DNA of 63,233 bases, filler included, from Bigelowiella natans CCMP2755 (lineage: Eukaryota; Protista; Cercozoa), in NCBI GenBank assembly GCA_000320545.1. It is 3 parts of 3 records of this genome, joined end to end, with 100 filler letters (N's around TTAATTAATTAA, not from the genome) between each part and the next. Parts side by side here need not be neighbours in the genome. Positions count along the whole stretch, not along the records: positions 32,062 to 51,228 come from ADNK01000653.1; positions 51,329 to 63,233 come from ADNK01002987.1; 1 more part is not named here. One strand, given 5' to 3'. The notes under the pieces are model-generated. The model was not told the DNA's origin, searched no databases, and saw nothing but the letters and a program-made list of their open reading frames with translations. Both the position numbers and the translations under genes were made by a program. The first letter of the stretch is position 1. Each line of letters begins with the position of its first letter. Below are positions 42,001-51,414 of the stretch, piece by piece.

Positions 42001-45000
42001 TCAGGGTATCGAACTGGCTCAACTACACCTACAGCGCACAGCAAACAGTAATACGCTTGTCGGAGCCTGTTCCCATTGTATCCGTGCCCTTTCCATCCGT
42101 CATCGCTCTTCGCACTTCCCAGGATCGCGTCCTTCGATCACAAATTAAGCTTCCCTGTGGCAGCGACGTTGGTTATCACCGTTCCGCCTGGTCGTTCTTG
42201 GGCCCAAATTCGAGCTTTCTCAGCCCGACCTCATTGCCATACCGCTCAGAGATTACACCGCTGACCCCAGAGACGACCCCGACACTGCCCCATTCAAACT
42301 CCGACTTCCTCGTAATTCCTAGACACACGCTGACCATGGGGTGGACTTATGCGCTTCAGCTGAACGTTGAAGTGTTCGTCCGAGGCCACCGTGTGTCAGG
42401 AGTGAATACCACCTTCATTGTGAGAGTTCTGGATGAGTCGCTACTCGCCAAGATCGGGCACGGATCACTCTCTAGGACAATTTACGTCCCTCCAAGCAAC
42501 AACCTGACGCTCGAGCTCGATGGCTCTGGGTCGCAAGACCCTGGGTCGAGCCGTCCGATTGCATACTATCAGTGGCAGCTAGAGCGCCAAGGTAGTGGTG
42601 ATAGTCCTCTTTCTGTAGGAACCTATGAACCTTCCATGGTTTTGGGGCAGCAACAAAGCTTGCGATACGGCACATACCGTGTGACATTAACGGTATATGC
42701 TCTCCCTCTGACCCTGCCAGCACCAAATGCGACTGCAACGCCTGTAGCAGCAACAGCAGCTGCGAACGCGACAAATGGTACGAACACCACTTGGAGAACG
42801 GCGAGTGTCGTCCAATTTATCAGGGTAGTGGATGCTCCTGTACCGGATGTTGTACTTATTAAGAGCACATACCCTCCGTTGCCTCCTGGCCAGCAGAAGA
42901 TAAATGTGGGGCTGAAACTCACACTGCAGGCCAATTTATCTCTCTCATCACCGCCATCAAGTACTGGTGAATATACATACCATTGGAGCTGCCCTGGAAG
43001 GGACGATGCCGAAATCCTCTCTCCACAATCGCTACTGACAAAGAACACGAATGGAAGCTTACTCGTTTTACGTCCGCACACACTAGTGAGCGGGCAGACT
43101 TATCGTTTTAGTTTGGTAGTAAGGGATACTTCGACAGGAGGATACGCGGAAATGGTGACCGAAGTCATAGTCAATGCACCGCCTAGCCTTGGATCTTGCA
43201 GGGTCTCCCCTGACCGTGGCGTGAGCATGACCTCAACGTTTCGATTTGCTTGCTCAGAATGGACTGACGAAGACTTGCCACTAATGTACCATTTCCTGGA
43301 TCAGAGTACCTATCCACCCGTTGCAATCAATCGTTTGCAAGCCAATCCCCATTACTCAACAATCCTCTTTGCTGCCGCCGGGACCTCAAGGCGTGTGGCC
43401 GTCGTTGCGCAGATTCATGACGCGCTTGGGGCGTCTCGTACTTTCAACGATTCGTCTCTCCATCCTGTTGTGGTCGGCTCCTCGGATGGGACTGAAGTTG
43501 ATATCGTAAACCTGAAGGGTGAAATGGAAACAGCGTTGAACACCGGAAACACGATCCGGGCCAGTCTATACTTCCGAGCGACAGTCGATGCCGCTGGTTC
43601 ATCGTCGGCGGTAAGAGAGGACCTACTCGGAGCATTGAATGGGATCGCGAACGACTCTTCTCTGTCCGAGGAGGACGGAGAATTGTGTGCTCTCCAGCTC
43701 CTCACTAGGATTACACATGTACCCCTGGGGGAGCCTCAAGTATTATCTTCGCAGTTCAGAGAAGACTCAATCGCACTGCTCGACAAGTTGGTAAGAAAGG
43801 GGAAAGAGGAGGCGTATGTACCTGAGAGATGCCTTCTTGCTGCAATTAGTGCCTCCAGAGTCGCAGAATCGGTGTCTGATTTCAAGAATTACTCGGCATC
43901 CGACTCGTCTCCTCGAGTGCAGACCAACGTATCTGCACATGATCGCGCCGTTTCGTCGTTGAAAGTGGAGAAACTGCTACTGAAAGTAGCGAAGCTTATG
44001 ATGACTACAGTCAGCACAGGAGAAGAACCTGCTAAAACAGTCTCTCCGAAGGCTGTCCTCCTGGCACAGCGCATGACAGCCAAGGATGCTGCTGGAACCA
44101 CTATCACTGCAGAAATAGATGATAGCGATGAAAAAAGCCAACAACAGCAACTTGCGGTGTCTCTCCCAGGAACGCTCTCTTCCTTGGCTCTCAGCAACTC
44201 GTCTGCCCTTGGTGTAAAAGTAATCTGGCTGAAATCCAGGCCATACCCCTCGAATGGTACATCATCGTCATCCCAGTCATCGCCGCATCTCCCTCTCCAC
44301 TCGCAACTGACAGTGGAACTAGAGCAAGAGGGAACGCCTATCAGCGTTAGGAATGTGAGCGACCCTTTTACCCTCGAGATCCCTCTTGCTTCTGTCGACA
44401 AGCTTCTTTCATCCTCTGCAATTAGCGGCGCAACTTGCGAGTACTGGTCGGTGAACAAGAGCCGGTGGCTGACGGATGGTTTGGTACTAGCAAACCTGAC
44501 CAATGCTACCCTGCCGATGGAGGGCCGGGCAATATGCCTTGCTCATCATCTGACGACGTTCAGTGTCCAAGTAAACACATTTGATGCCGCCTCAGCTGCA
44601 AATCCCGCAGTATATTCCATCTATAACGCCCTCACACTATTCCTAGTGTGCCTCCTGGGGTTCTTCCTCTTTGTTCTTCTCGGTACTCTGTCCTACGATC
44701 GCTGGCGCTTGGTGACGGGAAGGAAGCGCGTGTCGCACCAGTACTGGCGCTCGGCCAATTTGATGACAGAAACCAGACTGGTCAAGGGAAGGTCATGGAA
44801 GAGCTACAGACAAAGCGTGCTGTGGGGACACACAAAGAAGCACACATGGACCGCGATCGTATTTCGTCACCCTGGCGATTATTTGACCTCGTCAAAACGT
44901 CTGGTAGTGCTTTTGGTGCTCCTGGTGAACTCCATGACCGTACTTGCACTTCTCATGGAGCAGGAGGCCAAAATTCTCATCTTTTCGTCCAGTACCTCTC

Positions 45001-46772
45001 TGGCTATTGTCTCCATGGTAATGTCTTTCCCGATTCCGATGTGTATGCTCTGGATTCTCTCCAGGCCGTTCCCAGAGAATTTTCATGTCAAACACGATAT
45101 TGCGTCGGGATCAGCCGGTTGGCTGTCCTGGGGCTTTTTCGTGGGGATGCTTATCATGGGCGATATGCAAATTGACTTGAACTTTGGTGGGGACGGCCAG
45201 TTGGACGGTGGGGAGGATGAAGACGTCGATCTCGAAGATGATGGAGAGGCAGATGCAGAGAGGAACCAAGGCGAAGAGGTTGACGATGATGACGACGATG
45301 ACGAGAACCACAACGGAGGTAGAGATAATCGTCTTAACCAACTTCACCTCATGAGGCTTCAAGGATCGCAGCTCATATCTAGTCCAGAGGCTGCCGTGAT
45401 TGGCACCGGAATTGTTGCAACCCAAGGGGATAGCGTTGCTAATGGCACCAAGACAGCAAAAAGCAATATCGATACCAAAGAGACCGGATATCAGAAGAAT
45501 AGGGAAGGCAAAGGCCATTCTCAACTCGCCACAACACACGAGTCTCTCCCAGGTGTTCTAACTTCAGGCACTGCTATGATACGGAGAGACGGGGCAGCCA
45601 ACGACAATTCTTTGCAGTCGTTACGACGCCAAAGTGTTTTAAGACGACATACCCGCGTACTAGATAGGTGCCGCTCAGCAAATATGTCAACCATAAACAT
45701 GAAGTTCGCCACCCTCCGCCATCTGAAAGACTTGGAGGACTCCAGTGATAGCAGCGATGCAGACGACGAACACGGAAATAGCGATCAGAGTGGCACATCA
45801 CGTCCCAAGAAACTTTGCGCCTGCTGCTCACAGAAAAAGATGTGCCACAGCCCGGATATCAGTGTGGAGGACACACACGTATGGATGCGAAATGATTTCA
45901 TTGCTATTACTGCTGGCTTCGTTGTGGTGCTTGGTTGTTGTTTCATCCTCTTGAATGTGAGTTTCCAACTACGAGGCCGTAATAAGGACTGGGTGATAGA
46001 TTCATTAAGGATGTTCGTCCTTGATTTCATGTTTAAGACATTTTCAATCGTCTTTCTCGAGTTCTTACTCCTCGCTCCAATCTGTGGTGCCGCGTACTGT
46101 TTGGCTAGCAGCGCAGGCCAGAACGAAAAGAAGGAAACTGTTCTTAAAAAATGGAGAAGTATTGTCAACTCAAAGTACTCTACTGAGGCAGGTTATAATA
46201 GAGTCTCTCATAGCTTTGTTGCTGGAAATACTATCGGCTTCCAATATTCAAAGTGCCGAGTGAAGGAGGTTGAGCCTGGTTCACAGTCGGAGAAGCACGG
46301 TGTTCGAAACGAGTGGCGTATCCTGCGAGTGTGCCAAGAACCAGTGCTCAACGATAGTTATTTGAGCCGGATGCTTTTCTATGCCCATCGACAGCACGCC
46401 ACCTTTGAAATTGAGTTCGCTTACAAGATTGAAACAGATGGGGATCCAAAACCTGAAGGGAAAATCGACGACAAATACTCCAGTGAATCGCCGAGCGAAA
46501 TGACTTGGCTATCGGAGGGCGAATTTAATGCCCTGCAAAGCCTTGACCATAAAATGTATGACAAATATCTTAAAGCATCTGTTGAGCCAAGGTGGGCAGA
46601 TAGTCGCCCAACTACAGCTATGCAAACCCGCCCAACTACAGCCAAGCAAGAGAATAAGCAAGCGATCCGTGAATTCCTTCATCTCACAAACAGTGAAGTC
46701 GAGGATTTTGGATCAGAGGACTCCTTGTCGGATGTGAGCTCGGAGCCAGGGCTAGACATGGAAGCTTTGTAA
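32270..46772 (+). CDS. Giant polycystin-1/REJ-like GPS-domain membrane receptor with multiple lectin-type domains, about 4000 aa or more, 5' end lost in the gap
   Basis: Domain order: F-type-lectin-like end (32270-32450, FTIRLGSHLC...SVNITTPGRPLDICE); fibrinogen-like module (about 33600-34200); LamG-like repeats (AVAFWIK...WTHVVLLRD...LEVYING...DFRVYNRVL, about 34600-37350); three C-type lectin domains (about 37600-39400); DUF642/CBM-like jellyroll (LLNGDFELP…, about 39520-39960); RCC1-like repeats (AFAAILPNGTVIAWG, FAAITKDHTVVAWG) with a PAN/apple-like insert; P/T-rich stalk; REJ (VNAPPSLGSCRVSPDRG...FRFACSEWTDEDLPLMYHF); GPS (CEYW...W...C..HLTTF, 44436-44567); 5-6 TM segments; PDZ-like tail. 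Main exons lie in ORFs 33801-35000, 37799-41377 and 41556-46772, joined through a small exon at about 41433-41510. Confidence 0.9.
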
Positions 46773-47192
46773 GCAGTTGTGGTGCTATCATGATTCAATT
46801 GTGGTGCTGTCACAACTTGGTAGTTACAAGCAAGCATTGATTCAGCTAATAGCTAGATTCAAAAAGGTGCGCAATTCATGATGCTACTTTCAACTAAAAT
46901 TGCTAAGTGTCTAATTAAAAAAACGTTCAATGTTCGATTGAAATGCATTTGCAAGCAACACATGATGATCGCCATCGACACAGCTAGCTGCTAGCCAGAC
47001 TGCCGCAAGGCAAACTGCACATGATAATCATGCCCGTGTGTGCAACGCAAACACATGATGACACATCATCATCGGCACGCATTGATCGCACACTCAGCAC
47101 AGTCACTCATGGCTGCAACTTTGCTCTGCTAGTCTGCATCTGCTCCATTTCACAGCGCAGCGTGGCGCATCATCACCAATTTGGACAAGTCA

Positions 47193-47273
47193 TTTGGTCC
47201 ACTTGTTTGCATTGCAGACAAAGGCTGTTGTGCACTTTGGTCCACTTGTTTGCATTGCAGACAAAGGCTGTTG
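47193..47273. repeat. Tandem duplication, 38-nt unit with 43-nt period
   Basis: TTTGGTCCACTTGTTTGCATTGCAGACAAAGGCTGTTG at 47193-47230 and 47236-47273. Confidence 0.95.
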
Positions 47274-47649
47274 CGCACGCACACACGTGCACTCCACATC
47301 GAGATCGTGTCAATCGACGCAATTCAGCACCGCAACGTCCAGACCGTGCACTCCAGCACTGCTGACAACAATGCTGTGTGCACAGCTCACTTGTGGTTTT
47401 GATCCTTCACTGCCATGCACGTTGCTCTGTGCATTGCGCTTGTTGGTTTGATCAAACAAAACCACTGCAGCAAGCCCTGACGAGAACATTGAACTGAGCA
47501 CTGATGCAACACAACGGGAGCCATGCCTGTCAACGGGTGCAGCAGAAGGCCACAAGAAGAACAAGAAGAGTTTGATGATGGACCACGCTCCCCAAAACGC
47601 AGAAAGACAGATCGAACATTTTGAACATCGCTTCTTTCACCGGATGCAA

Positions 47650-47677
47650 TGAACAATGAACAATGAACAATGAACAA
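47650..47677. repeat. Heptamer repeat (TGAACAA)x4
   Basis: Direct reading. Confidence 0.95.
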
Positions 47678-47941
47678 AGCGTTGATGCTCGTTGTGAACT
47701 TCTTCCCAAAATGGCATGTGTTTAGGCCTGAAAGTGTTGTCGTCTTACCTTTTTCCCCTAGCATTTTGCCCTTTGTTGTTGCTTGCACAGAGAGCACCGG
47801 ATCTCGTAGCTTCCAAGCCTCGCCACCCACGCTCTGACAGAGTAGACGAGTCCTCTGAACAAATTATGGTGCTAAAGGAGCCTGCACGCTCCCCCCCCCC
47901 TTACTATATGACCACATAGCCAAATTGGGGGTCAAATATAC

Positions 47942-49286
47942 ATGAAACGGAAGAGAGTTGTTCACCCAACGAAGGGGGAGGTGAAATCAAATAGTTGGAA
48001 GCAACCTCGCACGGATGCTCGTGGAGAAGGGACCACTTCCAAAAAGAGTATGAAGGGCGCTTGGAGCTTTCTCAAGCATCCTTCAAAGAAGGACGTGACA
48101 CCAAGGAGGAGGAGAAAGGTTGAGAAATCAGTGATCTTGTATGTAGCAAGTTCTGCAGATACCACTGCCCTCGAGCAGCAAGCCACCTGCTTATTATCAT
48201 TGCTTCTTCAGGCATTGGACGCTTTGCCGGGGGAGTTTGAGCACCTCTTCATCATGGACCTTGAATGGACTTGCGATAATATCCGTTCATCCTTTCCATT
48301 AGAAATAATCGAGTTTTCTGGTGTTCTTGTGAAGCAAACCCCCCGCAAGCCAGGCCTTACGGTGATCTGTGCTCGATCTTTCTTCTCAGAAGGGGGAGGG
48401 TGGGGGGGGGAGGGGAGAAAGGGGGCAAGGGCAGTATTTCGATCTAATCGTCACCCCCGTCTGCGATCATGTAGGTGGTGTCGGAGTTCAGCAGGTACAT
48501 AAAGCCAGAACAGAACCAGGCCCTGTCCAACTTTTGTATAGAGCTGACAGGTATATCGCAGGACCAAGTCGATAGAGGTACTTCTATGCCGTCGTTCTCC
48601 TTCGAGGAATCAGATTGTTAGCGATGGGCGCTGAATACAAAGATCGGGTGGATGATTTTGCCAAAGAGGGGGTCTAACAAATGGTGTGTGTAATTCACAG
48701 GCATTCGTCTGGATACATGCTTTGCCCAGCTCGAAGAGTGGCTTGCGCTCCACGGAATCGCATCTGCGAGTAATGATGCCAAGGGCAATGGCCAAGTTGC
48801 CATCGTTACGGTTAGTATTGTGCACATCCATGCAGCACGTGTTTCGTTGATCTGCAAAATGAATGCATGATGCGGCCTACGTGTTCGGGGCTTGCTTTTT
48901 AGAATATGGCCGGTACCGTCCATGACATTTCTTTTTACTCCCCCCTCTTTCTCACCAAAATGTAGTGGAGCGATGCAGACTGCATGTCGGCAATCAGAAG
49001 AAATTGTATATCGCTGGGATTAGACTATCCGGCTCGATTTACTAATTGGATCAACTTGAAGGAGCTTTTCAAGCAACACTTTCGTCGAAAGCCGACGAAG
49101 GGTTTGAAGAACGAAGTTGAAGGCCTCGGTCTTGTGTTTGAAGGGAGGGCTCACTCAGGGATCGTAGATGCGCGAAATACAGCGAAAATAGCGAATCGCA
49201 TGTCTGAGGAAGGGTTTCGATTCTGGAGGCACACTCGAAATATAAATATCCTCCCGGCTTCCAAAAGGAAAAAAAAATCATCATAA
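47942..49286 (+). CDS. ERI1-family DEDDh 3'-5' exoribonuclease, 4 exons
   Basis: Exons 47942-48361, 48475-48577, 48701-48810 and 48966-49286 splice in phase. Motifs: FIMDLEWTC (Exo I), EIIEF, EFSRYIKPEQNQALSNFCIELTGISQDQVD, VTWSDADC (Exo II), WINLK, FEGRAHSGIVDARNTA (Exo III, H-x4-D). The start codon is uncertain. Confidence 0.93.
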
Positions 49287-49983
49287 CTCTGCGAACTGAT
49301 TTCGCAGAAATTCACATTTTATTTGTCTATGAAAGCGATGTAAGGCCGGTTAGAATAAACGCGTTGGATGCTTGATGCGTTCACAGGAGATGCCATGTGT
49401 GCGCAGTATGTACCGTAAGACGCATGTAATTAATCAATTAAATTTGTTTAATGGTCATCCTTATGTAGCTATGCAATGCAGCGGCTACGATACAGCGCTA
49501 ATTGCAGAACAAAAAGAGGCGCGCGCACATCATCAGCAAGACGACATGTACGACACAATGCACTTTTGCACGCATGATTACATGGACATCACAGCGAATA
49601 CTCAAATAAAATGCAGTTGGAGCGCTGTATCCCCAGCTGCATGTGCCACATTTACATTAGGATGACAGTTGAAAAAAAAGGTTGTACCGCGAGCAGCGCT
49701 GCTCATCTAGTCACACATGCGAGGTTGCGCAACATTGTCGTCACAGGATTTCAGATTCGCTTATGCTATTATTATCATGTGGCTTAACTGTAGCACCCAA
49801 TGTAGCCACGACAATATCCGCTTTAGTACTCTCTTTCAAAAGCTGCATACCGCACCGAATTGGCCCTATACATCTCCGATCCTCGACAATTCCAACAACA
49901 CCGTTGATCGGGGATGGATGGCATTGCGCGAGAGGCGTTGCTTTCGAAATCCTGATTGTTAGGCCATCGATGATCGCGGACTA

Positions 49984-50271
49984 TCAGAGATTCGAGGACT
50001 TATCGAGCCTGGGGAACCACTTGGAGAACGCCTCCAAGAGCTCTTCCGTCGCAACCTGCAGGTCATCATTGACCAGGACCTTATCGAAAAACTCTTCCCG
50101 TTCCTTGAGGAACCTCAGCTCCTTCGCAGAGGTTTTCAGACGCTTTTGGATCCTCTCCTCAGATTCGGTGCCTTTCGAGGGGCGGGGGACGCGGGGCGGG
50201 GATGAAGCGCATGCGAGATGTGAGATGATGCATAAATTCAAATGAACATCACGCGGGCGCGCGCGCGCACA

Positions 50272-50361
<90 letters not shown>

Positions 50362-50821
50362 ATTGCACACTGTAACGTTATAATCATTGGCACCTCTTCC
50401 CCTGAGACGTTTCTCTAGCTCTTCCAAGCCACCGGATGATGTGATGAAGAGGAATCTGGCTTTCGTGCCGCTCTGTGGAGCCAAATGAGGAAGAATTATG
50501 ACCGGGAACTGAATAATAGCAACGACTCCGCATAGAGTATCACCCCCATCCCTATCCCCACATTTCGCTTGTAATCCCAATCATCATCATGCATGGTGAG
50601 GCTCGCGTTTCTTCTCGTAATGTTGGTTGGATAACGAACGTCTTTTATTGCTTGCGCCCCTTGAACATCGATTTCCAGTATGCATACAGACCCCCTCTCG
50701 CACACCTCGTTAACCTGATAGAGAAGAGGAGGAGGAGGAGGGGGAGGAAGAAGGGCAGGGGGGTAGAGTAGAATGTTAAGGGTTTTGCTAGATATCTGGG
50801 AAAATATAACACACAATGACA

Positions 50822-50852
<31 letters not shown>

Positions 50853-51019
50853 TGTATATGAGTGTATTTGTACTTGTCGTATGTTATCTAAGCATACATG
50901 CGTGGTATACTGTACGCGATAGAAGAGACAGTGTAGTCATATTGCGAAAGGGAGCACAGCAGCAGCGCCGAAAATTCACCCTCTAATCTGTCCTCGTCGT
51001 GTGTGGTGTATGGTGTGTA

Positions 51020-51051
<32 letters not shown>

Positions 51052-51136
51052 GATGGATGGAAGTCGTCAGTCAGAACCGCGGCCTTGCTGGTGCCATAGA
51101 GCTTTCCGTGCACAGATGCGAACTCGAGGAACTCCC
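49984..51136 (-). CDS. GUK1: Guanylate kinase, 5' part including the P-loop missing, probably in the gap
   Basis: Exons 51136-51078, 50714-50640, 50472-50394 and 50171-49984 splice to GEFLEFASVHGKLYGTSKAAVNEVCERGSVCILEIDVQGAQAIKDSGTKARFLFITSSGGLEELEKRLRGRGTESEERIQKRLKTSAKELRF...FDKVLVNDDLQVA, which are canonical guanylate kinase motifs. Confidence 0.95.
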
Positions 51137-51228
51137 CTGCCATTTTCGCGATGAAGAAGAGAAAGAAGGAAAATGAGGGGAAAATTAGTGCACAACGTCC
51201 TTAGTAGTTTTCGAGTTAGTTTTTGCCC

Positions 51229-51328
51229 NNNNNNNNNNNNNNNNNNNNNNNNNNNNNNNNNNNNNNNNNNNNTTAATTAATTAANNNNNNNNNNNNNNNN
51301 NNNNNNNNNNNNNNNNNNNNNNNNNNNN
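51229..51328. other. Assembly gap with artificial linker
   Basis: 44 N + TTAATTAATTAA + 44 N. Confidence 0.97.
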
Positions 51329-51414
51329 CACACACACACACACACACGGCCCCAATTAAGATTACAAACATAATACATTCGGAAAAGTTGTGGGACGAAA
51401 ATAAAACTTGCGCT

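Larger units (their letters stand above)
46918..47722. other. TpA-depleted, CpA/TpG-enriched intergenic tract (core 47132-47722 has no TpA)
   Basis: Read base by base: only four TpA in 46918-47722 (at 46985, 46992, 47025 and 47130), and none from 47132 until 47723. Confidence 0.95.

Noticed and set aside
39787-45539. Antisense ORFs of 130-200 aa opposite the receptor exons
   Set aside because: Typical shadow ORFs of a long coding strand, with no recognisable motifs.
47193-47273. 38-nt direct repeats as a possible CRISPR array
   Set aside because: Only two copies, a 5-nt spacer, eukaryotic context and no cas genes.
47021-47830. Dense overlapping His/Cys-rich ORFs on both strands
   Set aside because: Loss of TpA removes TAA and TAG stops and Tyr codons, so open frames arise passively.
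47711-47919. Possible upstream exons of the ERI1-like gene using a GC donor (atg|gcatgt, perhaps a mutated gtatgt)
   Set aside because: I could not join them in frame to the 47942 ORF because of stops. They may be 5' UTR; unresolved without transcripts.
47942-51136. ERI1-like nuclease and guanylate kinase as a functional cluster with the TpA-void island
   Set aside because: Ordinary housekeeping genes in convergent orientation; adjacency alone is not evidence of linkage.
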